Of a DNA stretch of 64,000 bases, positions 1 through 9,626 are shown piece by piece (the first letter of the stretch is position 1; each line of letters opens with the position of its first letter). The DNA comes from Acidimicrobiia bacterium (GTDB lineage: Bacteria; Actinomycetota; Acidimicrobiia; IMCC26256; BP-133): the NCBI GenBank assembly GCA_044867425.1, contig JBIOUX010000164.1, positions 1,367-65,366 on the forward strand, in the 5' to 3' direction. The translations under genes and the position numbers were made by a program. The notes under the pieces were generated by a model, which was not told the DNA's origin, ran no database searches, and was given only the letters and a program-made list of their open reading frames with translations.

Positions 1-1695
1 CTCCTGGGTGACGAAGGCCACGGGCGCTGGCTGGTGGCGCCGGCGGGCGGAATCCGCCGCACCCGACGCCGCTACCGCGGGCATTCCCTGGTGCTGGAGA
101 CGGAGTTCGAAACCGATGCCGGCGTCGTCCGGGTCGTTGACTGCATGCCCCATCGCCACCAGTACGCCGACGTGGCCCGCCTGGTGGAGGGCGTGTCCGG
201 CCGGGTGCCCATGCGGATGCAGCTGGTGATGCGATTCGACTATGGCTCGATCATCCCCTGGGTGCGGCGTCAGGGCGACGCTCTGCTGGCGGTGGCGGGA
301 CCGGACGCCCTCACGCTGCGGGCAGGAGTTCCCGTGCGGGGTGAGGACATGACCACGGTGGCCGACTTCACGGTGGAGGCGGGTCACCGTGTCCCCTTCT
401 CACTCACCTGGCATTCCCCCACGGACCCGCCGCCGGTCCCCATCGACGTCGAACGGTTGATCGCCGACACCGAGGAGTGGTGGGCGCAGTGGGCGTCGCG
501 CGGTACCTACACCGGGCGGTGGGCCGACGCCGTGACCCGATCCCTGGTCACCCTCAAAGCCCTGACCTTCGAGCCGACGGGCGGGATCGTGGCTGCCGCT
601 ACCACCTCCTTGCCCGAGGCGCTGGGCGGTGTCCGCAACTGGGACTACCGCTACTGCTGGCTTCGGGACGCCACCTTCACCCTCTACTCCCTCATGGTGG
701 CGGGGTATTCCGAGGAGGCCACTGCCTGGCGGGACTGGCTCTTGCGGGCGGTGGCGGGTGACCCGGCCGACCTCCAGATCATGTACGGACCGGCGGGCGA
801 GCGTCGCCTGACGGAGATCGAGCTCGATTGGCTGCCCGGCTATGAAGGGTCTCGCCCGGTCCGGATCGGGAACGCCGCCTCCCGCCAGTTCCAGCTCGAC
901 GTCTACGGCGAGCTGATGGACGCCCTGCACCAGGCTCGGCGGAGCGACCTCGAACCCGACGTGACCGCTTGGCAGCTCCAGCGCACCCTCGTCGAGTTCC
1001 TGGAGTCGGCCTGGCGGGAACCGGATGAGGGCATCTGGGAGGTGCGCGGCCCCCGACGGCACTTCACCCACTCCAAGGTGATGGCGTGGGTGGCCCTCGA
1101 CCGCTCGGTGAAGGCGGTGGAGCGCTTCGGGCTCGAAGGGCCCGCTGGCCGGTGGCGGGCGCTGCGAGCCGAGATCCACGACGAGGTGTGCCGGGAAGGG
1201 TTCGACCCCGAGCGCCAGACGTTCACCCAGTACTACGGCTCGACCGAGCTTGACGCCGCCCTGCTCATGATTCCCCTGGTCGGGTTCCTGCCCGGCAACG
1301 ATCCCCGGGTGGCGGGGACGGCCGCGGCCATCGAGCGTCACCTCTGCCAGGACGGTTTGGTGATGCGCTACTCACAGCCCGGCACCGGGCCGACGGCGGA
1401 CACCGGGCTCGGCGCGGTTGATGGGCTCCCGCCCGGTGAAGGCGCCTTCTTGGCCTGTTCCTTCTGGCTGGCCGACAACTTCATCCTCTCCGGGCGTAGG
1501 CGGGAGGCGGAGGCCCTCTTCGAGCGGCTCCTCGACCTGCGCAACGACGTGGGACTGCTGGCCGAGCAGTACGACACCGTCGCCCGCCGGCTGGTGGGCA
1601 ATTTCCCGCAGGCGTTCTCCCATGTGGGGCTGGTGAACACGGCCCAGAATCTGTCCCGGCGGCACGGCCCCGCCCGGCATCGTCAGGCCCGGTGA
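1..1695 (+). CDS. Glycoside hydrolase family 15 (glucoamylase/trehalase-like), 5' end cut by window edge
   Basis: Frame 1 is open from base 1 (LLGDEGHGRWLVAP...), so the ORF track start at 34 is internal. The (alpha/alpha)6-barrel-type sequence includes WDYRYCWLRDA and QFQLDVYGE. Confidence 0.85.
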   Translation, partial: LLGDEGHGRWLVAPAGGIRRTRRRYRGHSLVLETEFETDAGVVRVVDCMPHRHQYADVARLVEGVSGRVPMRMQLVMRFDYGSIIPWVRRQGDALLAVAGPDALTLRAGVPVRGEDMTTVADFTVEAGHRVPFSLTWHSPTDPPPVPIDVERLIADTEEWWAQWASRGTYTGRWADAVTRSLVTLKALTFEPTGGIVAAATTSLPEALGGVRNWDYRYCWLRDATFTLYSLMVAGYSEEATAWRDWLLRAVAGDPADLQIMYGPAGERRLTEIELDWLPGYEGSRPVRIGNAASRQFQLDVYGELMDALHQARRSDLEPDVTAWQLQRTLVEFLESAWREPDEGIWEVRGPRRHFTHSKVMAWVALDRSVKAVERFGLEGPAGRWRALRAEIHDEVCREGFDPERQTFTQYYGSTELDAALLMIPLVGFLPGNDPRVAGTAAAIERHLCQDGLVMRYSQPGTGPTADTGLGAVDGLPPGEGAFLACSFWLADNFILSGRRREAEALFERLLDLRNDVGLLAEQYDTVARRLVGNFPQAFSHVGLVNTAQNLSRRHGPARHRQAR

Positions 1696-1717
1696 GCCGG
1701 CCTCGTCGGCCTCGCCG

Positions 1718-4030
1718 TCAGCGTCTGGGCACCGGGAAGATGTCGGGGACGGGCGAGTTGTCCGGCGGCGGGCGCGTCGTACTGGTCGTCGGGGGCGGCT
1801 GGGATCTGTCGGGCGGCGCCGTGGTCGGCGTCGTCGACGATGACGGGGCCGGGGCGGTCGACGTGGTGCTCGCCGGCGCCGGCGGGGCCTTGGCCTTGGG
1901 CGGCGGCACCGGGGTCCACCACTTGGGTTCCGGACCCAGGTCCTCCGGCATCCGGGGGTCGCCGATCTCGAAGCCGCCTCGTTCCTTCTTGCGCTCCTGC
2001 TCCTTCTTGACGGCCTCGGCCGTCTTCTTGGCCACGCTGGCGAGCGTGCCCGGCTGGGCGAAGGGGATGGGCTCGACGTCCTTCACCGCCTCGGCCATGA
2101 AGTCGTGCCACATCATGGCCGGCAGCGTCCCGCCGGTGACGCTGGCCACGCCGTGGACGTTGTGCATGGCGACGTTGGCGTGGGGTTGGCCCATCCACAC
2201 GGCGGTGGAGAGCGTGGGGGTGTAACCGACGAACCAGGCGTTCTCCCAGTTCTGCGACGTACCCGTCTTGCCCGCCGCCGGACGCCCGATGTCAGCCCGG
2301 CGGGCGGTGCCCTTGGCGATCACGCCCTCCAGCACGTTGGTGACGTTGTCGGCCACCACCTCGTCCAGGATCCGCTCCCCGTCGCGCTCCCGGTTGTCCT
2401 CGACCGTCTTGCCCTTGGGGTCGCTGATCTTGAGCACCGGCGTGGCGTCCACCTTGACGCCCCGGTTGGCGAAGACCCCGTAGGCCGAGGCCATCTCCAG
2501 GGCCGAGGTCTCCTGGGTGCCGATGGCCATGACCCCGTAGAGCTTCTGGTCGAGATCGATCCCGTTGATGCCGAGGCGCTTGGCCAGCTCGGCCGTCTCC
2601 CGGATGCCCACGTCCACGATGAGCTGGACGAAGACGGTGTTGATCGACTTCTGAGTGGCCGTCCGCAGATCGGCGGAGCCGTAGGACGCCCCGCCGTAGT
2701 TGCGGACCGGCTTGTCGAAGCCCCGGGGCCGGATGGAGGACGGGGCCCGGTAGCGCTTGTCGGGGCCGAAGCCGGCCTGGAAGGCCCGGGCCAGGACGAA
2801 GGTCTTGAACGCGGAGCCGGCCTGGCGCCCGCTGCCGCCCCCCAGCCGGCCGAGGGCCAGGTTCACCTGGGAGGCCTTCCAGTCCCGCCCGCCCACCAGC
2901 GCCCGCACGAAGCCGGTCTGGGGCTCGAGGGCGACCAGCGTCGCCTCGGGATCGTTGGGCTGGTCGAGGCGGGCCACGGCCGCTTCGGCGGCGGCCTGGA
3001 GCCGGGGATCAATGGTGGTCTCGATGCGCAACCCCCCCTGGTAGACGAGGTCGGCGGGGTAGCCCTTCACGTGCAGGAGGTAGACCCGCAGGTAGTCCAT
3101 GAAGTAGGGGAAGCGGCTCTCGGGCTTGGGCGGGGGATGGACGGCGGGGATCTCGGCCCGGGCCTGGGCCACCTCGGCCGGGGTGGCCATGCCGTAGCGC
3201 TCGAGCTTGTCCAGCGTCAGCTGCCGGCGCTGCTCGGACAGCTCGGGATTGGCCCGGGGCGAGTACAGGCTGGGAGCGGGGATGACGCCGGCCAGAAGGG
3301 CGGCCTCGGACAGGGTCAGCTCCTTGGCCGGCTTGCGGAAGTAGCTCTGGCTGGCCGCCTCCACCCCGAAAGTGGAATCACCCAGGTACACGGTGTTGAG
3401 GTAGCGGGCCAGGATCTCCTCCTTGGGGTAGGCCCGCTCCAGGCGGATGGCCAGCGCCGCCTCCCGGCCCTTGCGCCCGAAGCTGCGCTCGCCCCCCGTG
3501 TAGAGGCTCTTGACCAGCTGTTGGGTGATGGTGGACCCGCCCTGGACGATCTCGCCGGCCTGCACGTCGGCCACCGCGGCCCGGCCGACGGCCCACCAGT
3601 CGATGCCCCGGTGGGAGAAGAAGCGCCGGTCCTCGGCCGCTACCACCGCCCGCCGGATGGTGTCGGGGATGTTCTCGGGCGTCACCGACACCTGCTGCTC
3701 CGCCCCCCGGAACTGGCCGATGGGGGTGCCGTCGATGGCGAAGACGGTCGACGCCCGGGCCTCGGGCTGGGATCGTTCCTCGGGCAGGGTGGCGGGAAGC
3801 GGCATGACCACGTAGGTGGCCAGGGCCGTCGCTACCGTGACGACCACCACCACGGGAGTGACGAAGAGCGCCGTCAACAGCCGGCGCACCGTGCGTCCGA
3901 TGATCCGCCAGGGCGAGCGTCGCGTGTGGGGCGGAGCGGGTTCGGCCGGGTCGGTGGGGGCGGCCGGGCGCGGCAGAGTCTCCGTTGGCGAAGAGACCTT
4001 GCCCCCCAGCCTGAAGAAATGGATCTGCAT
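1718..4030 (-). CDS. Class A penicillin-binding protein (transglycosylase + transpeptidase) with Pro-rich C-terminal tail
   Basis: 770-aa ORF with an N-terminal TM helix. GT51 motifs EDRRFFSHRGID and GGSTITQQLVK are present, as are the transpeptidase motifs SAFK, SIN and KTGT. Confidence 0.92.
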   Translation of the reverse strand: MQIHFFRLGGKVSSPTETLPRPAAPTDPAEPAPPHTRRSPWRIIGRTVRRLLTALFVTPVVVVVTVATALATYVVMPLPATLPEERSQPEARASTVFAIDGTPIGQFRGAEQQVSVTPENIPDTIRRAVVAAEDRRFFSHRGIDWWAVGRAAVADVQAGEIVQGGSTITQQLVKSLYTGGERSFGRKGREAALAIRLERAYPKEEILARYLNTVYLGDSTFGVEAASQSYFRKPAKELTLSEAALLAGVIPAPSLYSPRANPELSEQRRQLTLDKLERYGMATPAEVAQARAEIPAVHPPPKPESRFPYFMDYLRVYLLHVKGYPADLVYQGGLRIETTIDPRLQAAAEAAVARLDQPNDPEATLVALEPQTGFVRALVGGRDWKASQVNLALGRLGGGSGRQAGSAFKTFVLARAFQAGFGPDKRYRAPSSIRPRGFDKPVRNYGGASYGSADLRTATQKSINTVFVQLIVDVGIRETAELAKRLGINGIDLDQKLYGVMAIGTQETSALEMASAYGVFANRGVKVDATPVLKISDPKGKTVEDNRERDGERILDEVVADNVTNVLEGVIAKGTARRADIGRPAAGKTGTSQNWENAWFVGYTPTLSTAVWMGQPHANVAMHNVHGVASVTGGTLPAMMWHDFMAEAVKDVEPIPFAQPGTLASVAKKTAEAVKKEQERKKERGGFEIGDPRMPEDLGPEPKWWTPVPPPKAKAPPAPASTTSTAPAPSSSTTPTTAPPDRSQPPPTTSTTRPPPDNSPVPDIFPVPRR

Positions 4031-4191
4031 GCTTTTCGGGCGGTCGGCGCTGACGGCCCTCCCCCTAGCAACTCATTTGTACCCCGCCGGCCCCCCTTCT
4101 TGATCGCGGATCCGGAAAAAAAGCCTGGTCGGGCGGGATTTCTGCCGACCTGGCGGCTTGACATCCCTGCCGGCGGGGAATGCTCCGTCAC

Positions 4192-4350
4192 ATGGAACTA
4201 CTCATCCTGTTCATCGTCCTGGCCGCCATCTTCGGGATCGGCGGCCTGATCAAGGGTGCGCTCTGGGCTGTCCTGATCGCGGTCATCCTCTTGCTCGTCG
4301 GGGCCTTCAACGGCTACCGGGCGGCCGGGGATCGGCGCACCACCACCTAG
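4192..4350 (+). CDS. Small hydrophobic membrane protein (52 aa)
   Basis: ATG at 4192 gives MELLILFIVLAAIFGIGGLIKGALWAVLIAVILLLVGAFNGYRAAGDRRTTT, which is two predicted TM helices. It is below the ORF-track size cut-off and was read directly from the sequence. Confidence 0.4.
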   Translation: MELLILFIVLAAIFGIGGLIKGALWAVLIAVILLLVGAFNGYRAAGDRRTTT

Positions 4351-4359
4351 GCGCCGGCC

Positions 4360-6228
4360 TCAGGGCGCCAGCTTCAACCGGTAGCTCTTCTTCAATTCGT
4401 CGAGAAAGACCATCTCCCGGTTGGACGAGAACTCGCCCGACTCCACGTTCCCATCAGGGAAGGCCATCAGCTCGCAGTCGGGCAAGCGGCCGAGGAAGCT
4501 CTTGAGCAACCCGGAGCCGTCCTTGGACCGGTAGAGATGGACCACCTGGTGGGACGAGGTGATGAGCAGCTTCCCGTCCGGAGACTGGCGCACCACCGAC
4601 ACGTCCTTGCTGTTGCCCAGTTCGCCGATGTAGGTGGGGACGTTGGTCACGCCCGGCGTCAGCGACGCGAAGCGGTAGAGGCGGGCGTGGGGTGTCATCT
4701 TGGCCACCAGCACCAGGTAACCCTGGTGGATGAACGACGCCTCGGTGTTGTGGCTGCTGTCGGGGAAGGCGTAGTGGTACTTGTTCAGCAGCTTGGCTTC
4801 GGTGGCCGTGTCGGGGTCGGGCTCGAGCACCTCGTAGATGTCGGTGTAGACGCCCGTGGATGTGGGCTGGCCACTCTCCACGATCCACAGATGGCCCTTG
4901 CCGTCGGGCCCCACGTTGTAGCTGACCTCTTCCCAGTCGCCGTTGAAGGCACCCGGGATCGGGATCTCCTTCGAGGTGACGTTGCCCGCCGAGTCGATGC
5001 GCACGGCGTAGACCGCCGTCCGCGGCGGGTTGGCCGAGTCCCGGATCATCCAGTACACGCCGGGGTACTTGGCCGAGGCGGCCATGCCCGAGGCCTCGCC
5101 GACGTTGTCGATGCTGTCGGGCAGCTCGGTCTTCTGAGGCGCCGACGGCAGGCCGCAGGTGGTCCCCGTGGTGGAGAGGTCGGCCGTGTGGTCACCGCCG
5201 TTGGGTGATTCCATCGGCGGGCTGATCTGCTCCATGCCGTAGTTGGTGGGGGGCGGGCCGTCCGGGTCGTCGACGGCCGGCGTGGTCGGGCCGGGGCCCG
5301 GGCCGGTGGGCACGGGGTCACGGCCGGAGCTCCCCGAGGCCACCGGGGAGCGGGGGACCCCCAGACCGACGATGGGTTGGTTGAGCTTGATGGCGCCGGT
5401 GGAGCCGAAGAAGCGGGCATCGCCGAAACTGAAGATGCCGCCGTCGCCCGCCACCAGCCAGAAGCCGGTACCGCCCGGGGTGCGGGCCATGCCCACCACC
5501 GGGATGTTCACCCGGGCCGAGCCGAGGTCGGGAGCGTCGCCGAAGGCCAGCACCTCGCCGGTGGCGGCGGCCTGCCAGTATCCCCGCCCGGTGGCGGTGG
5601 GAGTCATGGCCACGATGGTCTTGCCCGAGGACTGGCCCGACCCGAAGAAGCCGGCGTCGCCGAAGGCGAAGATGCCGCCGTCGGAGGCCACCAGCCAGTA
5701 GCCCCGGCCCGATTCGGTGGGGGCCATGGCCAGGATGGGCTTGTTCAGCTTGAGGGCGCCCGTGGACCCGAAGAAGCCGGCGTCGCCGAAGGCGAAGATG
5801 CCGCCGTCGGAGGCCACCAGCCAGTAGCCCTTGCCCGAGGCGGTGGGGGCCATCCCCACGATGGGCTTGTTGAGGCGCATGGCGCCGGTAGAGCCGTAGA
5901 AGGGGGCGTCGCCGAAGGCGAAGATGCCGCCGTCGGAGGCGACCAGCCAGTAGCCCTTGCCCGAGGCGGTGGGGGCCATCCCGACGATGGGCTTGTTGAG
6001 GCGCATGGCGCCGGTGGAGCCGTAGAAGGGGGCGTCGCCGAAGGCGAAGATGCCGCCGTCGGAGGCGACGAGCCAGTAGCCGGACGCGGGAGCAGCCGGC
6101 GCCGCCGCCTCGGCCCGGCGGACCGACGGCACCCCGGCGGCCACGGATACGAGCAGCGCGGTGAGCAGCGCCGCCAGCAGCGCGAAGCGGCGCCGCTGGG
6201 GCAAGGCGGGGGGATATGGCTGCGACAC
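4360..6228 (-). CDS. Secreted repeat protein: signal peptide, six ~42-aa GYWLVASDGGIFAFGDA repeats (beta-propeller-like), Pro-rich linker, ~300-aa C-terminal domain of unknown function
   Basis: 622-aa ORF. The N-terminal signal is RRRFALLAALLTALLVSVAAG. Six tandem repeats are visible in the translation. Confidence 0.8.
   Translation of the reverse strand: MSQPYPPALPQRRRFALLAALLTALLVSVAAGVPSVRRAEAAAPAAPASGYWLVASDGGIFAFGDAPFYGSTGAMRLNKPIVGMAPTASGKGYWLVASDGGIFAFGDAPFYGSTGAMRLNKPIVGMAPTASGKGYWLVASDGGIFAFGDAGFFGSTGALKLNKPILAMAPTESGRGYWLVASDGGIFAFGDAGFFGSGQSSGKTIVAMTPTATGRGYWQAAATGEVLAFGDAPDLGSARVNIPVVGMARTPGGTGFWLVAGDGGIFSFGDARFFGSTGAIKLNQPIVGLGVPRSPVASGSSGRDPVPTGPGPGPTTPAVDDPDGPPPTNYGMEQISPPMESPNGGDHTADLSTTGTTCGLPSAPQKTELPDSIDNVGEASGMAASAKYPGVYWMIRDSANPPRTAVYAVRIDSAGNVTSKEIPIPGAFNGDWEEVSYNVGPDGKGHLWIVESGQPTSTGVYTDIYEVLEPDPDTATEAKLLNKYHYAFPDSSHNTEASFIHQGYLVLVAKMTPHARLYRFASLTPGVTNVPTYIGELGNSKDVSVVRQSPDGKLLITSSHQVVHLYRSKDGSGLLKSFLGRLPDCELMAFPDGNVESGEFSSNREMVFLDELKKSYRLKLAP
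5353..6081 (-). repeat. Tandem coding repeats, period 126 bp for the first three units, inside the 4360-6228 gene
   Basis: GGGCTTGTTGAGGCGCATGGCGCCGGT... recurs at 5863 and 5989 (126-bp spacing) with only a few substitutions. The protein repeat units are 42, 42, 42, 40, 39 and 38 aa. Confidence 0.85.
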
Positions 6229-6363
6229 GGGGCCCTCCGGTGAACGCGGCAGGTCGGGGACGTGAACTTCAGCTCGCGAACAGGTACGAGGCAGCTATGC
6301 CCGAATCCTGCCCACAGCCCCGAATTGCAACGTGGTCTTGACCTTTCCCGTCCGGGTGGCCAA

Positions 6364-6591
6364 GTGGTGGCCTTTGTATGCTCGGGTTCCGTGGGGCCGA
6401 TCGCCTTCGTGCTCGTGTTTCTGGCGCTGCCCATCGGCACCGCCCTGTTCCTGGCCGGCTACACCGTGGCCACGCTGGCCTGGCGGGGCCTGGATGGCGC
6501 CCCGCTGGCCGTGTGGGTCCTCATCGCCGTGGGGCTGGGCGCCTTCTTCGGTCTCCTGATTGGCCGGCGCCTCAGCCGGCGCTGTTCTTGA
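6364..6591 (+). CDS. Possible small two-TM membrane protein
   Basis: This is the hydrophobic part of ORF 6262-6591 (VVAFVCSGSVGPIAFVLVFLALPIGTALFLAGY...AVWVLIAVGLGAFFGLLIG). GTG candidates lie at 6364 and 6367. The start is uncertain and alternative frames overlap. Confidence 0.3.
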   Translation: MVAFVCSGSVGPIAFVLVFLALPIGTALFLAGYTVATLAWRGLDGAPLAVWVLIAVGLGAFFGLLIGRRLSRRCS

Positions 6592-6653
6592 CGGCTCTTC
6601 GCCTGGCGGCTCATCGCAGCGTCGGTGGGGGCCCCTCCCCACCTCCTGCGCCA

Positions 6654-8681
6654 CTACGTGGCGCGATTCGCCACCATGGTGAGCACGTCGTAGGCGGCCA
6701 CCACCGCCCCCTCCTGGTTGACCACCTCGGTGTCCCAGCGCACCTCGCCGTAGCCCGCTCCCTCCCGGGGTGACTTGGCCTTGCAGGTGAAGACCACGTG
6801 GAGGGTGTCGCCGGGGTACACGGGGGTGGTGAAGCGCAGCCGGTCCAGGCCGTAGTTGGCCAGCACCGGGCCCGGATCGGGCCAGACGAACAGGCCGGCG
6901 GCGGCCGAGATCACGAAGTAGCCGTGGGCCACACGCCCCTTGAAGATGGGGCTCTGCTGGGCCGCCTCCTCGTCCATGTGGGCGTAGAAGTTGTCGCCCG
7001 TCAGGTCGGCGAAGCGCTCGATGTCCTCCAGGGTGATGGTGCGCTCCCCGCTGACCAGGGTGTCGCCCACGGCCAAGTCCTCGAAGTGCCGGGTGAAGGG
7101 GTGGGCTTCGCCCTCGTTGCGGGCGGCGCCGGGCATGAACTGCCCGGTGATGGCGGTGAGCACGTCGGGGCCACCCTGGACGGCGGTGCGCTGCAGATGG
7201 TGGTGCACCGCCCGCACGCCGCCCAGCTCCTCGCCGCCGCCGGCCCGCCCCGGCCCGCCGTGCACCAGGTGGGGCATGGGTGAGCCGTGGCCGGTCTGGG
7301 TCTTGCCGCTGCGCTCGTCGACCACCAGCACCCGGCCGTGGTGGGCGGCCAGCCCGAGGGTGAGGGTACGGGCCTCGCCGGGGTCGGGGGTGAACACCGA
7401 CGCCACCAGGCTGCCGCCCCCGAGACGGGCCAGGTCGATGGCCTCGTCCAGGTCTGCGTAGCCGATGACCGTCGACACGGGCCCGAACGCCTCCACGTCG
7501 TGGATGGCGGGATGGGCGGGGTCGCGGGCCACGAGCAACGTGGGGGCCAGGAAGGCACCCCGCTCGGCGTCGGCCCCCACCGGCTCCACCTTGGTGTCGG
7601 TGACGATCTCAGCTCCGTCGGTCAGCTTGGATACCGCCCGGCCGACCTCGTCGCGCTGGTCGAGGCTGGCCAGGGGTCCCATCCGGACCTCCTCGTTGCG
7701 GGGGTCACCGATGGTGGTCCTGGCCAGGCGGGCGGTGAGGGCGTCGATGACGGCGTCGACATGGCCGGCGGGGACGAGAGCCCGGCGGATGGCGGTGCAA
7801 CGCTGCCCCGCCTTGGTCGTCATCTCCCGGGCCACCTCGTTGACGTAGAGGTCGAACTCGGGCGTCCCCGGGGCCGCCGCCGGGCCGAGGATGGAGGCGT
7901 TGAGCGAGTCGGCCTCGGCGTTGAAGCGCACCGAGTGGGCCAGGACGGTGGGGTGCGACCGCAGGCGCGAGGCGGTGGAGGCCGAGCCGGTGAAGCCCAC
8001 CGAGTCCTGGCCGTCGAGATGGTCGAAGAGATCGCCCACCCCGCCGCAGAGGAACTGGAAGGTGCCCTCGGGGAGGATGCCCGAGTCGATCATCAGCCGG
8101 GCCGCCCCCTCGGCGACGTAGGACGTCTGGGTGGCCGGCTTGGACAGGACCGGAACCCCGGCCAGGATGGCGGGCGCCAGCTTCTCGAGCATGCCCCAGC
8201 ATGGGAAGTTGAAGGCGTTGATGAGCACGGCCACGCCCTCCCGGGGCACGGCCACGTGCACGGCGGCGAAGGAGCCGTCCTTGGCCAGCACCTCGGGCTC
8301 CCCGTCGAGCAGGAACGTCTCGTTGGGCAGCTCCTTCAGGCCCTTGGAGGCATAGACCATCAGCGTGCCGATGCCGCCCTCGATGTCGAGCCAGGCGTCG
8401 GCCTTGGTGGCGCCCGACGGCGTGGAGAGGGCGTACAGCCCGTCCTTGTGCTCCATGAGGTGCTTGCCCAGCGCCTTGAGCATCTGGGCCCGCTGGTGGA
8501 AGGTCAGCCTCCGCAGCGCCGGCCCGCCCACCCGGCGGGCGTGGTCGAGGGCGGCGGCCAGGTCGGCGCCCTCGCTCGACACCCGGCCCACGTCGTCGCC
8601 GGTGGTGGCGTCGCGCACCACCGCGCCGCCTTCGGCAGGCGCGTACCAGCTTCCGGCCAGGTAGCTCTCCAGCGTCCTCAT
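6654..8681 (-). CDS. paaZ: Bifunctional aldehyde dehydrogenase / MaoC hot-dog hydratase, PaaZ-type
   Basis: 675 aa. The N-terminal ~500 aa is ALDH-like and the C-terminal ~150 aa is MaoC-like (GDNFYAHMDEEAA, RVAHGYF). The length and fusion architecture match PaaZ. Confidence 0.88.
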   Translation of the reverse strand: MRTLESYLAGSWYAPAEGGAVVRDATTGDDVGRVSSEGADLAAALDHARRVGGPALRRLTFHQRAQMLKALGKHLMEHKDGLYALSTPSGATKADAWLDIEGGIGTLMVYASKGLKELPNETFLLDGEPEVLAKDGSFAAVHVAVPREGVAVLINAFNFPCWGMLEKLAPAILAGVPVLSKPATQTSYVAEGAARLMIDSGILPEGTFQFLCGGVGDLFDHLDGQDSVGFTGSASTASRLRSHPTVLAHSVRFNAEADSLNASILGPAAAPGTPEFDLYVNEVAREMTTKAGQRCTAIRRALVPAGHVDAVIDALTARLARTTIGDPRNEEVRMGPLASLDQRDEVGRAVSKLTDGAEIVTDTKVEPVGADAERGAFLAPTLLVARDPAHPAIHDVEAFGPVSTVIGYADLDEAIDLARLGGGSLVASVFTPDPGEARTLTLGLAAHHGRVLVVDERSGKTQTGHGSPMPHLVHGGPGRAGGGEELGGVRAVHHHLQRTAVQGGPDVLTAITGQFMPGAARNEGEAHPFTRHFEDLAVGDTLVSGERTITLEDIERFADLTGDNFYAHMDEEAAQQSPIFKGRVAHGYFVISAAAGLFVWPDPGPVLANYGLDRLRFTTPVYPGDTLHVVFTCKAKSPREGAGYGEVRWDTEVVNQEGAVVAAYDVLTMVANRAT

Positions 8682-8857
8682 GACACGCCTCCTTCGACGG
8701 TCGACGGGTCGTCGAGCCTAACGTGCCCTGTTCATGGCTCTTCGCCTGGCGGCTCATCCGCCTCCGGAGGTGGGTGTTGTCGCGAGACGCGTGCGTGGCA
8801 CCGGTCGTGCGGGCGGGGGCCCCAGCCCCGCCTCCGGCGCCGCTAGCGTGGCGCCCC

Positions 8858-9622
8858 ATGGACCTCGGACTGGCCGGACAGGTCGTGCTCGTCACCGGGG
8901 CGGGGCAGGGCATCGGCCGCCACATCGGCCTGGCCTTCGCCGCCGAGGGAGCCCACGTCGCCTTCCACTACCACTCCTCGGCGGAGGGCGCCGAGGCGGC
9001 GGCCAAGGAGGCGGAAGCCCTCGGGGTCCGGTCGCTGGCCGTCCGGGCCGACATCTCCGACGCCGGTGCCGCCCGGGAGCTGGTGACCAGGGTCGAGGAC
9101 GGCCTCGGCCCCCTCGACGTCCTGGTCAACAACGCCGCCGTGGGCGTCCGCCAGCGGTTCCTGGAGTCGAGCCCCGACGACTGGCGCCCCCAGCTCGACG
9201 TCACCGTCTTCGGCATGCTGGCCGTGAGCCACGCCGCCCTGGCGGGCATGGCCGAGCGTCGCCGGGGCGTGGTGGTGGGGATCATGGGTGACTCCGGCCG
9301 GGTGGGCGAGTCGGGCCTCACCGTCACCGCCACCGCCCGGGCCGCCATGACGGGCTTCACCCGGTCCATCGCCAAGGAGCTGGCCCGGTTCAACATCCGG
9401 GCCAACGCCGTCTCGCTCGGGCTGGTGGAGTCCGAGCGCTTCGACGCCCACGCCGGCGGCACCGATCCGGAGCGCCTGGCCAAGCTGACCGCCGCCTACC
9501 CACTGCGCCGCCTGGGCCGGCCCGACGACGTGCCTCCCGTCGTCCTCCTGCTGGCCTCGCCGCTCACCAGCTGGGTCACCGGCCAGGTGCTGAGCGTCAA
9601 CGGCGGCTACGCGATGGTGTAG
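8858..9622 (+). CDS. Short-chain dehydrogenase/reductase (FabG-like)
   Basis: The internal ATG at 8858 gives MDLGLAGQVVLVTGAGQGIGRHIG (TGxxxGIG Rossmann motif) and NNAA. The upstream part of ORF 8723-9622 is Arg/Pro junk. Confidence 0.85.
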   Translation: MDLGLAGQVVLVTGAGQGIGRHIGLAFAAEGAHVAFHYHSSAEGAEAAAKEAEALGVRSLAVRADISDAGAARELVTRVEDGLGPLDVLVNNAAVGVRQRFLESSPDDWRPQLDVTVFGMLAVSHAALAGMAERRRGVVVGIMGDSGRVGESGLTVTATARAAMTGFTRSIAKELARFNIRANAVSLGLVESERFDAHAGGTDPERLAKLTAAYPLRRLGRPDDVPPVVLLLASPLTSWVTGQVLSVNGGYAMV

Positions 9623-9626
9623 GGGC

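Noticed and set aside
2105-4249. 714-aa + strand ORF.
   Set aside because: It is antisense to the class A PBP gene, which has all the transglycosylase and transpeptidase motifs.
4351-4370. GGCGCC-N8-GGCGCC hairpin as a bidirectional terminator between convergent genes.
   Set aside because: The stem is short, there is no T-tract, and it overlaps the stop codon of the 4360-6228 gene. The evidence is too weak to annotate.
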